From NCBI GenBank assembly GCA_004431415.1, contig QPMI01000533.1, positions 124,001 to 188,000 of the forward strand: DNA of 64,000 nt. The letters are read 5' to 3'. The translations under genes and the position numbers were made by a program. The first letter of the stretch is position 1, and every line of letters begins with the position of its first letter. Below the pieces are notes generated by a model that was not told the DNA's origin, made no database searches, and saw nothing but the letters and a program-made list of their open reading frames with translations. Shown here in pieces: positions 1 through 14,200 of this stretch. This stretch comes from Cyanophora paradoxa CCMP329 (lineage: Eukaryota; Plantae; Glaucophyta).

Positions 1-138
1 GGCGGGGGAAAATGCGGGGTACGGGGACACGCAAGATCTCTGCGGGGTCTGCGAGTGGACGAATCTGCCGTCGCGCGACCCGGTGCGAATCCGTTGTCTC
101 TCATATATATGAACATATGCGCACCGGTACCGTGGACG

Positions 139-1130
139 ATGCCCGACATTGATGACTCTCGTTCTCTCACGCTAATATACGTATACAGGCCTCCATACTG
201 AAGCACATGCAGTCTCCTTCGCACGTGGTGCGGTGCCGCGCGACGGTGCCGGTGTCCCATGCGCGGCGCCCTCTGATGCATAGGGGCGGCAGGAGCGGGT
301 GCGCATCTACAACAGGTTTCTGAACGACGTCATCACTATCTGCGAGGACGTCCTCAATGCGTGCGTGCGCCGTTATTATCTAATACACGTGCCTCTCAGA
401 TGCATTGATAAAACTCTCGGCTTCCTAATTACACACTTAAATTAACTCTGCGCACGCATGCGCAGCGTGGAAGAGAACGCGGGGGCGCTGTCGCGCGTCG
501 AGGGAACGCTGTCCGACAAGGACCTCGACACGGTAATACCGGCCTGGCTCTTATGTTAATTTGTCTATAATTTAATTGCGGATGCGGTGCATGCGCGGCG
601 CGTTCATACCATAGAAGAGCGCCGCCATCTGGCCAGTGGGAGGATTAATGTTTCTGGCGGTCGTTTCCTGCAGCTAGCGCTGATCATGAGCTGCGCGCGA
701 GCATGCGCAGGCTCGCGACATGCTGGAGCGCATGAACAGCGCGCGCCAGCGCTTCACGACAGCGGTCGTCGCAGTCGGCTGCTACCGCGACTGGGAGGAA
801 GGTTGCCGCTTCCTCGTGAAGTTCAGGGGCCAATGCGTGGATCTCGTCGAGGAGGCGGAGGAGCTGGCCGGCCTGCCGCGCCGCCGCTGGCGCCGCTGGC
901 CCAACGGCCGCAGCGCCGTCTCGGACCTCGGGCCCCGCGCCTTCCGCGTCATCCAGCGCCTCGCCAAGTACCCCAATGTCGTCGATCTCGACCACTACCG
1001 CGAGCGGACCGCGCCGCCCCCGCCGCCCCCGCTCGTCTCCATTCGCGCCCCTTCGGCTCCGGGCTCGGATATCGATCCGCATCATGCAGCTGCAGCTAGC
1101 CCCGAAGCTGCGCATGCCCGCGAGTCGTGA
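139..1130 (+). CDS. Spliced hypothetical protein gene (5' end uncertain)
   Basis: Short AG/GT-bounded exons (FLNDVITICEDVLNA near 316-360; VEENAGALSRVEGTLSDKDLDT near 466-531) and a last exon in ORF 720-1130 (MLERMNSARQRFTTAVVAVGCYRDWEEGCRF...). No recognised domain. Confidence 0.35.
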
Positions 1131-1466
1131 ATCTTGTGATTTCGACTAGGATGACTGTGATTCGAGTGCGACTGGGCCGGCTCGGCGGCTCGCGATCGGC
1201 GGGCGAAGAGAGGGAGAGGGGACGGGGGGCCGGGGCGCCGAGGCTCAGTTTAAAGAGGAGGCGCTGGGCCACGTGCGCGGGAAGCTAAGGAAGCTCGCCT
1301 TCAGTTCGGGGGCGGGTTAAGATGAACAGATCATGATCATCGATATCCGATGATCGGGCCCGGCTAGCGCTGGGGCTGCGAAATACTATTAATGCTAGGC
1401 GAAAATATTAATAATGCTAGGAAGACAGGAAGGGGAGGGGGCGGCTTGAGCATGCGGGGGGCTTTC

Positions 1467-1532
1467 TTTTTGGTGAATTACCGGCCACAGCCTCGTAGAG
1501 ACACCAGCACTGCGGGGGCTGCCCAGGGGGCA
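1467..1532 (+). repeat. ~65-bp dispersed repeat, copy 1 of 3
   Basis: 34-bp core AGACACCAGCACTGCGGGGGCTGCCCAGGGGGCA (1499-1532) matches the reverse complement of 14876-14909 exactly and the copy ending at 34830 with 1 mismatch; the shared TTTTTGGTGAA lies upstream. Confidence 0.85.
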
Positions 1533-2297
1533 TATGGGGGGCACCTGACGAGCGGAAAGAAATATAATATATATATATATAAATGGGGAGACATTGAATT
1601 TCCGCATCACGTGTTAGGCCTGTAGCTAACTCCTGATCGTCACGCAGGTCTAGATCTGCGGCCTCTCAGAGTTTAACTAATCGCTAACTACAATCGCGGC
1701 AAGCTAGGCAAGCTACTGCTTACTGAGTCCACTGCTTACTGCCACTGCCGCTGCTTACACGAACACGAACGAACACGAACGACACGAACACGCATTATGC
1801 TGTGCGCCTGGTAATCATATATATCTAGTATATCGAGCAACGCAAGAATTGAACGTCGGAGACTGCGCATGCCCTGGTCTAAAAGGTGTCTGCAGAGAAG
1901 AATAAAAAAGCCTAGGTAGAAACCGTGAACCGTATCAGTTCCCAACTAGTACTAGTACTGAGCTGCACTGGATTATCTAAGATACGAAAATCGAAATGTC
2001 TTAGGCACACAGATCGCGGAGCCTCCGCAGAACGACTGCGAGTCCGACGACAACGAACGAGCACTGACACCGCGCTGGCCAGCGCGATATCGATTGCGGC
2101 GATCACCTCCAGAGCTGCTCCTAACGAGATCGAAGCAACGCAGGCCTAGGCAGCTACAGAAACCGAGTCGAAGCACTATATATATGGACATATACCGGCT
2201 TCCACCCGAACTAAGCTAGATACTGACGACAAGCGCACCAATAAAATATTATCGCTCACGATTGCAAGATGCGTATGCAATGAGAGAGAAGACGGAT

Positions 2298-5200
2298 TTA
2301 GAATCTGCCGAAGAGGAGCGCCGCGGCAGCGAGGAGCGCCCAGGCGGCGGTGGCGACGACGGCGGCCGGGGAGATCCCGGAGGGCGACGAGGAGGAGGCG
2401 AGCAGGGGCGCCTGGAAGCTCGCGAAGCGCTGCTCGAGCTCGGCCGTGATGGTGCGGTTGGTCCGCGCCAGCTGTTCTCTCATCTGCTGCACGGGGATCG
2501 ACGTCTGCGCGGGAAGCGGGCGGCGCGGTCAGCTGCAGCCGAGCAGAGCAGAGGCGAGGCGAGCACGGGGCGCCGGCGCGCCTGCTCGATCTCGATGACC
2601 GCCGAGTTGGAGACGGAGCGGAATCGCTCGGGGAGGATGTCGAGCCGCAGGCCGAGGACGGCGCCGGGCTCGACCGAGAATGCCTTGCCGAGCTGCACGA
2701 TGAGGAGGCCCGCCGATGTCTGCAGCGCCTGCCGCCGCCGCCGCCCGCCGCCGGAGGCAGAGCTGAGCGTGCACGAAGCACCTGGCGAGCGAACGGCGGT
2801 TAATTAACGTTGGGCAGCCTTTTCGTAATGGGCTCAATTTCCGAAATTTCCCACCTTCGCCGAGCATCTTGATGGTGTCCTCGACGAAGAGGGCGGGGCA
2901 GTTTCCGGAGCCGCCGGTCGGCGACCCGGAGGTCGAATCCAGCTCGACGCGGATGGAGCGGAGGCCGTTGGACTCGTCGAAGCGGGCCGTGCCGGCGGAG
3001 ACGAAGGGGCAGACCTCCGGCGTGCACCCGCCGATGAACTCGCACCACGCGTCTGCCCGACCGCCGGCGCCCGGCACCGCTCAGCTTCTCCTCGTCGACG
3101 GCGGGGACGGCGCGGCGCACCGAAGTCGGCGGGGAACTTGCAGCGGCCCGTCGCGATCTCGCAAGACTGGCAGAGCGAGCAGGCCGAGCAGCTCCTGGCC
3201 ACGCCGCGCGCCCCGTCGACGCCGCCGCCCGAGCTTGAGTTGCCGCCGGCCGACGTCAGATACACGTTGTGGAACTGCGCGGTCCCGCAGGGGCGTAAGA
3301 AATCGTTCCCTTGCTGGAGCCTTGCTGCGCGAGGCGACGGATCGCGCGTATATACGGACCGGGCCCTCCGCGACGTTGTTGCTCGCGATGAAGGAGGGCT
3401 CCCCGACAAAGGCGACCCCATCCCCGAAGAGGCCTGCCACGCCCCGTCAGGCCTATGTCGAAAGCAACGGCAGCGCGCCGCGGGGCAGGGAGCGCGGACC
3501 TCCGCCCGCGCTGTCGGGGCCGAGGACGGAGTTCTGCAGGAAGCGCGGGCCGCGGAGGTCGACCGTCCCACCGAGCAGCGCGAGGCCGCCGCCGAACGCG
3601 CCGCGCGCCGTGTTCTTCGCGAAGAGGGCCCCCGCGATGCGGCTCGACGCGGCCGCGTGCGAGAGGAGGGCGCCGCCGCCGATCTGGACGTCGCGCTCCG
3701 CGTGCCCGTCGAAGTAGGGGAAGCCGGCGCGGTTGTCGTAGAAGATCGTGTCGCCGTCGATGCTCACGGAGGTGTTGGCGAAAAGGCCGCCGCCCGCCGC
3801 GGCGTGGCTCGACGCGAAGAGGCAGCCCGAGATGGGCACGGTGCCGTCGATGGGGGCGAAGATGGCGAGCGCGCCGCCCCAGCCCGTCGTAGGGCCGACG
3901 CCGTACTGGGCGGCTTCTTCCTCGTGGTGGAAGCCCGCGTGGTTGCCGCGGAACTCGACCTGGTCGAACATCGCCCAGGTCGAGGCCGCCGACGCCCCGC
4001 CAGCCGCCGCGTCCATCTGCCCGACCATCACGGCCCCTCCGGCCAGCGCCACGTTGTCTGCTCGCAGGGGACGTGAGACCGCAGAGACGGAACTAACACA
4101 ACTGCAGGCTACGATGACAGAGCGCGCGGACCGGCGAACGAGCACAGGGTGAAGTTTGCCCTGCACCCGTGGAAGACGCGCGCCGCGCCGCCAAACATCC
4201 CCCAGTTGGCGGAGAAGGTCGAAGCGTAGACAAAAAGGGAAGCGCCGGCGCCGCTGCAGGTGATACCGCCGGCCGCCAGCGGGGGTACTTGCTCGTTGTC
4301 GCTGACCTGCGTCAGCTCAATGCGAGCCTCCGTTGAATGGACCCAGACGGCGCCTCCGCCAGAGCCCGACAGCTGCGAGCGCGTGACGGACACGCGGCTC
4401 GTGGTGGCGATGGCCGCCCCAAAGGCGGCGCTGTTGCTGTCGAAGATGGCCACGTCGAACTGCACGGTCTCTGTCGCGCTCAGGATCGCCACGGCGCCGC
4501 CTATATAGCTCTTGACGTCCGCTGGGTCCGTGAATTCGAGCGTGGCGGCCCATCCCGCGTCCTCCTCCGGCGAGTCGGGTGGGCCCGGAAGCGCCGAGTT
4601 GTTCTGCGGCCGCCAAAGGCGCAGAGCCGCTCAGAACACCCGAGGGACAATTCGGAGGACCTTTGGGGGGCGTCGCACGTGGAATGCCGTCACAGAGAAG
4701 GAAGCCGTGCGGGCGCCGGAGACGAGCACGGCGCCGCCGACGGGGGCCGCGTTGGACGCGAACAGCGTGTCCGTGAAGCTGGCCTCGCTCCCGTCGAGGA
4801 TGGCGACGGCACCGCCGCCCCGGCGCGCGGTGTTCTGCGTAGTGTCAGCTGCAGGCCAGCGCAGCAGTAGGATAATTATCGAATATTTGAGCGCTGGAGG
4901 GCCGACGGCACCTGCACGAAGATGCATCCGTCGAACGCCGCAGACGCCCCGCCCAGGAGCGCGACGGCGCCTCCGCGCCCGCCCACGCTCGCGTTCAGGT
5001 TGCCGTTGCGCACGAAGACGATGTGCTGGAGAGGGATGAGCCCCGCGTGCGTGCATTCTTCGACGATCGAGAGCGAGGCACCTTGAACACGATGTTCTTC
5101 AGCCCGACGACGGAGATTGCGGCGCCAGAGAGCCGCTCGTCGGCCCTGAACGAACTCTCCGCCGTGCCGCACGCGGCGATGCTGACGCCGAGGAACGACA

Positions 5201-8200
5201 CCAGCGGCGAGGCGTGCGAAAGCGTGATGGCTTGACCCAAGCCACCGCACGTCAAGAGAGTGTCCTCGCTGCACACGGCGATGCATCAGAAGGCGAAACT
5301 CAGAACCGGACTAGCTTAGTAGAGCACGTAGACGCACGCGGAATTGGTCCCCTGACGAAGTCCGCTCAAGGAACGAATCTGAAGGAGACAAGGTCAGAAA
5401 TGTTTGCGAAAACTCCGCTCGCAGCTACAAGGATGCCGCCAACGTACCCAGATGCGCGCCCCGGCCGCAGACGGCGAAGCGGGGAGGTCCCAGGTGCTAT
5501 TGACGCTCTGGTAGTATATATCCGGCTTCAAGAAGATGCCGATCTGTTCGAGGAGACCGAAGGCATCAATCAGCGATACGGCAGCAACAGCAGCGCGGGG
5601 TCGCGCCTGCAGCGGGGCGCCCGAGCCGGCCGTCTGCGTCCTGTTGTAGGCGTAGCGGAGCGCGGCATTCGGGTCGGTGAAGTAGAAGTCGAGCGTGTCG
5701 GGGTCGCGGAGCGGGTCCTGGGGGTCGAACCCGACCTCCCCGAGCGACGCGTCGACGAAGACGCGCTCGTCGTACGGGGTCTCGAGCGAGACGTCGAGCA
5801 CGACGGCGTCCGACGGCGGGCAGACCGTGCTGGTCGCGTTGCTGGCGACGACCGCAACGTTGACGTTCACCGTGCTGTTCTCGTACAGAATCGCCCACAG
5901 CTCGGTCGCCCCGCCTGGACTGGGCCTGTTGCAGGCGAGCGGCGCGCACGACCCGTCGCTGCGGAGATCGATGACGACGGACTTGGGAGAGTTGGCGGTC
6001 TCGTCGTCCGCCCGGAACCGGTAGAGACCCGTCTTCGCGATTTTCAGCGACACCTTTTCGCTCACGGTCAGCCGATCGCTTCATGAAGAAATGTGATTGG
6101 AGACCGAGCACCTGCACGGCGTTCGCCATGGGCACGGTGATAGAGCAGAGCGCGACGTCGAAACCGGCGGCCGGCGCCGTGCTGCTCTGGTCGGCGGTGG
6201 CCGGGCAGCTCGCCAGAGCTGGCAGCGTGTTTCTCCCCAGCGTCCCGGCAACTTTGCGGTCAGGCGGGCAGCCCCCGACACCTGGAGGCCAGCCTCAATC
6301 AGCAGCGGAGCACGAATTCCGGGAACACAAGAACATGGCCGTTCACGCACTCCGGTCGATGATGATGGTCCCGTTCGGGCCGTTGTAGGAGCGCGCGCCC
6401 GACTCGTTCAGAGACTGCAGCTGCGCGAACTGCAGAATGTGCCCCTCGCGCATCGCTGCGAGCGAAGCGATCGATATCAACGCCGGCAATCGCGGCAATC
6501 TAATCTAAAATCGAAACAAGATCCTGGTACCGGAAAGGGCCTCGAGGGTTGCACGGCTCTCAGGGTCGAGGGCGGCGAGGGTCGCCTCCCGGTCGAAGAC
6601 CCAGTTGCTCTCGTAGCGCTCCGCGTCCGCGCTGAAGATGGCGGTCGGGTCCTCCGGCCCGCTGCTGACGTTGGCGGCCGCCGACAAGCGCATGTCCACG
6701 GCCGCGGGGTTCTCCGTGGTTACGAAGTCCGGGTCCGGAGCTGCGGCGGGCGTGGAATTCGAATGCGGCCCGAGGCCGTTGCGCACGGGCGCGCGGCACG
6801 CGACTCACCGCCTTCCTCCTGCAGCAGCGCGCGACCGGTCGTGGCGGGGCGAGACGCGTCGCTGTCCGCCTGCCCCTCGAGCTCCTCGCCAAGAACTGAA
6901 AACGCAAATCGGAGCTTTAGAGCGTTGGTTGAAGGATTGGCGTCGGGTTCGCGCACGGTTACGACGCAGCGTGAGCGATTGCCCACAGGTGCGACAGAGG
7001 TCGTCGATTCCAGCCGCGTCAAGTTTGTACAAGTTCGTGCGCATGGTTGGATAGCTCGTTCTGCTTGCGGAGGGCGCGGGAAAGAGATTGAGGATTTGAA
7101 CCGGAGGACGGGGAAGCAGCTCCAGGAGGACGCACATGTCGCCCGGGGCACGGCCTCCGAACATGTACGCCGTCTTCGTGTCCGACAGGTACCCAAGCGC
7201 GCCGTCTGCCGGAGGCGGTCGCGCCGACTGCCGGAGGCGTTTTTGACATACACAGCTATGCAGAACGCACTGGTTTCGGCGGGTAGGCTGCCGGTCACGT
7301 TGAGCTTGTACCAGCAAGAGCAGTGGGGCTTGAATACGTAGGCGTCGTTCACGAGGCTGCTGGCCCCTGTTGCGCCGCCGCCAACGACCCACATATCATT
7401 GGAGTTTATGGTCATGACCCAGCTCCTGCAATGAATGTAAACTTACGCGGTTATCATCTAAATTGAATCCGAGATCGCACCAGGCGTAGCGGCGCATAGC
7501 AGGGACTGTCACAGATATCGACACCCACACAGGCGTCGCGGACGCAAGGTCCACATAGCTGGGGAGACGGTGAGTGCACTTGATAAACCGAACGCGGGTA
7601 GGGAGCTCAGCGAACCCGAACGCCGGCGTAGAGATTGTGTGGCCTCCGAGAGTGTACCTTTCAGTAGCGCAAGATTAAAATATTGCTAGTCAGCAGTCGC
7701 GGCTCTGCCATCCGCACTGACCATCTGGACCCAAGAAGCGCGCAACTTGCCCCCTTCCGCGCAGGAATAGCGTGAGCAGTAGCATTGGCTTTGATCAATT
7801 CGGTCCACGTGCTCGAAGAGAGGGTGAACTTGTGAAGGTCTGATGAAAGCTCAAGCAATTGAAATTTACAGGATATCGATTTGCAAGCGGTGGATCGCTG
7901 TCTCACCGTTAACGTTTTGGCTAACGCTGCTCCAAAAACCGCTGGATATGTAAATTGCACCATCGTAGAGCGTCTGTAGTGCGCCCAGTTCAAAATAAAC
8001 ATTGACGTATTCGCGTGCAAGCCAAGCATTGGGCCGAGTGGGCGGGTCGATGTCACCATGCAGTGAGAGCGGCGAGGCCCCACTGTATTGGAGGTGGACA
8101 GTACGGACGCGGTGTTTGAAGCGAGGTCTGTACGAGATGCGGATTGGGGGGCGCGGATGCCGAGATATTAAAGCACAGTAAGCACCAAATCGAATCAAGG

Positions 8201-11200
8201 AAGGACTGACGTCCCACCCGACATACGGCGGCGGATTCACCGGAGTAGCCCCTGTCAGTGTTCAGTGTTCAGACGACATGTATTGTGCCGTTTTGAAGCG
8301 CGGAACAAACCTCCGTATGTGTAAACATACTGGGTTCCATCGTATACAGCCGTAGCCCAGAGCTTGCCCTCGAGCGCCAGACCGGACGGAAAGGCGACTT
8401 GCTCCCACGTAGGGGGATCTGAACATGCCAAACCAGCGTATCATGAAAAAGCGAGAGTCTCGCAAAAGCAAATACGCTGAATAAAAAGCCCAGTGACCCG
8501 TATTTAGGCGGAGGCGGAAGTAGTGAGTTGCAGTGGAGCCGTCCGACCTCGTGTTGTTGCAAAGAGGCTGATCCAAAGTGCAGATTAAATCATTCAATCA
8601 TGCAAACAAATTTTGAAAGCCTCCAAACTGACCACGACTCCAGTCACTCCCCCTAGGTAGATTCCGGGGCATTGCACTCCCTGCTACGAGTGAATGCACG
8701 TTGAAGGAGTCTTTGCGTCGAAGGCACACCATCACGTAAAGACTCGATATGCTGTTGTATGTAGCAACGACTCCCTGCAAGTGCGGTGTGAGCGATGACG
8801 AACGGCAGGCTTAGGCTGGCCCATGGCCTGGTGCTTTCGCGCGCCTGCATTCCTCCCTCCAGCGGCGCCGTCCCAGAGGTGGGCGGGTTCTTCGTGATAG
8901 CGAGCAACTGCACATGCGGTCCGCAAACTGACGGTGAGTATTGTGCGCGGCAAGCTTCGAGTGCATGCACGCACGTCTGGGGGCAGGAAGGGGGAAGGCG
9001 TCGGAGTCTGCGTCGGCGTCGGGCTAGGCGTTGCGGACGGGCTGGGCGTTGCGGATGGGCTGGGCGTCGCGCTGGGCGTTGCGGATGGGCTGGGCGTCGG
9101 GGTCGGCCGGGCGGGCGTCGGCGACGGGCTGGGCGTCGGCGACGGGCTGGGCGTCCGGCCCGCGATCGGAGAGGGGGAGGGCGTGGGCGTGGCTGCCGCC
9201 GCCCCCGGGACGCACGGCTCCGCCGCGTCGACAACGACGGTGCTGTTCGAGACGACGCCAGAGCCGACGGCCGAGTACGCGTACACGACGAACGTGTACG
9301 TGACGGCACCCACCGGCCGGTAAAGAGTCGAGAAGAACGTTGGCGTGCCGGTCGAAATCTGCAGGCGGCCGCCGCCGACGTCGGCCGCGGCCGTCTGGAA
9401 CATGCTGGAAGTGGTGAGCGGACGGGTCCCCAGAAGTGTCGATCGAAACGCAGTCGTCGTAAACGGAGTTGCGGTGTATGCGGCGGTCACCTTCGAATAA
9501 AATAGCACGAGAACGCGTCAATAAATGAACGGTGCGCTCTCTACGGACCGACTGAGAGACTGGCTGACCTGCACGGAGAGGGACCTAATGGCGGCCCCAC
9601 CGACCGAGGCTGTGCCGCCCAGGGTCCACGAAGCCTCGAAATTGCGGCAGCTGGACCTGGTCACCGACAGCGTGTACGGGAACCCCGGCGCGGCGCCCGA
9701 AGCCGCGAGGATCTGCAAGATGGCGCCGTCCGTGAATCCGGGCGTCTTCACGAAGAGCCGATCCGACGGGAGGCTGCCCGCATACTGCGGCGCCGAAGTC
9801 GGCTGGGCAGAGTCCGAAACGGGGCCGGCCATTGCCATCACTTGGAAAGAGTACACAATGCCTGAGAGAAACAACGTCCGTTTGGCGCGGGCCACGTGTG
9901 TACGCGAATTTTTCGAACTGCTGAGCGCTACGTACCGGGCTCGAGACCGGGGATGGTCGCCGAAGTTGTGCCGGCCGACTGCGTGGGAAAATCTGGGAGC
10001 GAGCATCAGGTTGCCGATCTCTGCACAGCGCCTCTCAAAACCATTAACGCGTTCGCACAGTCGGCGTAAACGATTCCCGCAGGGGCGCCGCTCGGAGAGA
10101 AGCTCTTCAAAAGGAGATCCGAAGTGGACGTTTGGAACGCCAGGTCCGGGACGCAGGCCGCGGTGGGCGCGCTGTTCAGGAGCCGGTGCGTGCCCGCCGC
10201 GCACGGCGAAGGCGGCACCGTCGCAGCCCGCGGGGGCGAGATGACGACCTGCGAGGTTCGGGAGCGCAAGCGCGCGTTGCGACCTCATGATCAGCGCCTG
10301 CACCGGAACGGCCAAGCATGCGAGACTGACGCTGGCACCTGGAAGAAGGCGACAGGGGGGATGCCCGCGGGCTGGGACGCTGCCGGCGTCCACGACAGCG
10401 TCACGGAGAACTTGCCCTTGTTCGCCGTGTCGGTCTGGGCCGAGACGAAGCGCACGACGGTGGGCGCGTTGGGAGGAGGATCTGCGGAAGGCCCGCCCGC
10501 GCGTCGGCCGCGCGTATGCGCAGAACCAGGCCCGTCTTCGCACGCGCACCGAGGGTCTTAGCGACCAAGGCCCCAGTCGACGAGCGGAGCTCGGAGCCGT
10601 CGGCTCGCAGAGCGACCACCTCGATATCGTACTCTGTGAGACCGAAGTTCAAGGACTAGAAGGCAAACTTTCCTCGGGGCAGAACGCACCCGTCCGCGCG
10701 AGCAAGTTTGGGATAGTATAGGAAAACGTCGTGAGCAGATCCGAGCTCGCAACGGCTCCGGCATAGACGTTCGCGGAGCCAGCCTCCTGAGCGACGCTCG
10801 CCGCCGGGAGGGTGCGGCAGTAGCCCGCCTTGGCGACGGAGCTCGCCCACATCGCGTACCCCCTGGGGCACACGGACCCCGACACGCTCTTGCCGTACAT
10901 GGTGGCAATCGGGAAGATCGTCTTGCGGGCGACGGCGGGATCGACGACGAGGCTGTTGACCGGGACGTGCGCGGTCGTCGCCCCTGCCGCCGTGAGGCCA
11001 CCAGCGCCCCGCCTGTTGTAGCGAATCTGCGCAAGTGAATTCGAAGAGGTAATTAAGTCGAAGTCTGGAGTCGGCCCGGCCCGCGGGAAAATTATTCTTA
11101 CCCGGAAAATCGCCACGGCGGCGGACATCTGCGAGACGGCGTCCACCTTCCAGCCGAGCGAGATGGCGTTCGAAGCTCTGGTTGGACGGGCGCGCGAAAT

Positions 11201-14200
11201 TAAACTCCGCGTGAGGGCGGGGTCTGGGGGCAGCGGGCCCGGGCGCGATGCGAACCTGGAGGTGACTGCGACGGTCCAGGGCCAGCTTGGCGGGGCCAGC
11301 TGCAGGACGGCCCCGGTCCCGCCGGAATCGGAGCTCTCGGTCAGACACTTCGTCTCCCTGCGTCACCCAGTCACGATCGGTGGTTAAAGAAAGTCTTCGA
11401 GAGACTTCCAAACACGCACCAGATCGTGAAGTCGTTGAAAGGCTGCGCAGACGCAGTTTTGAATGAATGAAGACGGTAGGACTTGCGCGCTTATTCGAAA
11501 TTAAATGTGTCACCTGGATTTCGAGAGGAAACTTGAAGAGCTCAAACTCAAGGCCGGACTGAATGAGACGCGTCAGAAGAAAGGCGCCACCGTGCTTGAA
11601 GAAAGCTTAAGCGGCCGCGAACCGACTTGGGGGGCTTCTTTGCGATGGTGCTGAACTGAATGTTCATCGCGATGTATGGAATAATGCTGAAGGGGCGCGC
11701 TCAGCTGGGCTCGTCTCCAAATTTAAAGAAAGTGCAAGTCGCCGCACCCTGCCGCGATGCGGAAGTTGTTCACCCCTTTGCAGTCCCGACTGACCTACAA
11801 TCACGCGATGGACGGTGCCGCATTAGAGCCAGAGACGAGAATCGCGAAGAGACGAGAGAAGAGAGGTGGGAACCGGTGTCCAAATAAAGCCCACTCGGAA
11901 GGTCACGCCAGTCTGCAGGCCTGTGCACACACGGAGGGTTTGAATATTGAAAGGGCACAACCCCCCGACCCGGAGTCCAGCTGCAGTCTACTCACCCACA
12001 ACTTGAACACCTGCAAACCGAGCGCGCGCACATTGGATTAAACGTTTAATTCATTCGCGACAGGGCACGCGACCGCAGACATGCTCACCGTACGCGCCCG
12101 CGGTCAACTCAATCTCCGGCTCGAACAAGAGGTAGAATGCCAGGCCTAGCGGTAGAAACGCGATCACGCACATGGCAGCAGGGCTTCGGGGCGAATTAAA
12201 TGCATGCAAGCCACGCACTCAACTCGGGGGAGAAGGTCGGCGTCGGGACCTTGATGACAGGCGGCTTGTTGTTGTACCAGCCAACGTCTGGGGTCAAGCG
12301 ACCCCCAGAGAGCTTGGCGCCGGCCTGAACCCCGATCTCGATGCCAGCATCGAACACGGTCTGCGCGCAAATCATGCCCGCTTCGGGTGAGAATACGAAC
12401 ATGGCCCGGCTCACCGTGAGATCGAAATTGATCTCTCCAGAGAATCCTACTTTAATCTGAACAAGGAATAAGAAAATGCTTGAATACCCTTTGGCCTCTC
12501 ACGGACATTAATCTGCGACATAGGCAGGTTAGACAGACTAAACCCAGCGTGCATGGAAAGAAAGCCTATGTGTGCTCACGTTTGGCTGGAACGTGAAGAC
12601 GACGGGACCTGCGGGCGCGATTCAGACGAGCCGTGCCCCAGATTTGATTACCAAGCGAGTACTTGCACGCGCGAGCGGACCTGCAACGACCTGCTTTGCT
12701 GTGAACTGTTTGGTGAACACTTCTTTCAACACTTCGAGAGTGATTTCGATGTTGATTCGGAGCTCCCCACGAATGCGAGCTTTGGCCTCGGCAAAGACTG
12801 CGCGAGCAAAGCGTGTCGTCAATATACCTCCAGAGGCGCGACTCTGGGCGATCAATCAGGTGCGGGCAGATGGACCGTGGAAAGTGAACTCTCTGATATT
12901 GTAGTTAGATAGAACCAGCTTCATTTGTATGCCGACGCCACTGTAGAAGTAAAGCTGCTCAGGATCGAAGTACACCTGGGCCTTCACGTCGACACCGACG
13001 GAATTCGAGCCCAAGACTTCCTTCGCCCCTACAGACGCTTCGAATTCCAACCGAGGCCACTGCGCGAGAGACAAGACCGGTGTTCTCCATGAACACGCTG
13101 CGAGGTCGATCGAGTCTGCGAAGACAGGCACCTTCGCGGCCTGCCCTTTGAGGCGGTCGTCCCAGTTGAAAGAGACGCTGGCAATCGAGTTCCTGAGCGA
13201 CAGCTCGCACGATCCTGCACGGCTCGTCACGCGACCGGCGGCGCGGCCCCAGTCCAATGATCTCGTGGCCCGATATCGACTGCGACTCGCGCGCGCGATC
13301 GGGGCGAGAGTGCGCGCACCTGTCGCGCACTCGACGAGCGTGAGAATGGTGTTGATCGCCGAGACCGTTCTATCCACGGTCTTCGCGGCGATGTTCAGAC
13401 CAATGTTGACGACCGTGCCGGCTGCATTGACCACCCCCCTCAGCGGAGCGGTTAGGAAAGAGAGTTTGCCGCCCGTCAGGGAGTCGAACTGCCCGCAAAA
13501 TTAGACCAGTGATGGTTTCGTAAGCGGGCAGCGAGTTTAGGGAGAGAGCATGCCTTGTTGAGCCCCGTATTCACAGCCTTCACGGCGGTGTTGACCCCTT
13601 TCTGAGCGGCTGCGATGCCCGATTTGGCGGCGGAGCCGACTACGTTAACCGCCGTTTTCGTGACTTTCAGCGCCGATTGCTGTTCGCGAAGAAATTCAGG
13701 ATCGATCGCAGGCCTGATAATGATAGGAGTCGGCGTGGCTTACGATGCTTGCCAAGGCGCCCCCCCAGGCGGACTTCCCGATCGATGTCACGGCGCCCAC
13801 CGCCTTGTTCACAACTGCACCCGCGTTTAATTTCACTCACAGAAAGTCAAAGCATCATTTAATCGTGCGCGCAGTTTCCCGACCTTTTGTTACGGCCTTG
13901 CCGATTGCTTTGTGCACAAAGAGAAGCTTCCTCCCCCGAGAGGCCGGGTCCCTTGTCCGCGACGCTTTCTCCGCGTGATTCTCTGTGTATATGTTAATAC
14001 AAATGTCGTTGTGATGCTAATACGAAATTCTCTAAAGAAGACAGCAGCGAATTGGGTGGCCGAATTCGAATTCGAAGACGCACTGAGGCGATGAAACGAG
14101 TCCAGAACGCTCCGGTTTTGCGTTTGAGGCGACCTGGCCAGGGTCTCGAGCGAAGCGAACCTCGAGCTAAGGTCGCAGGAGAGTCACAAACGTGATAAGA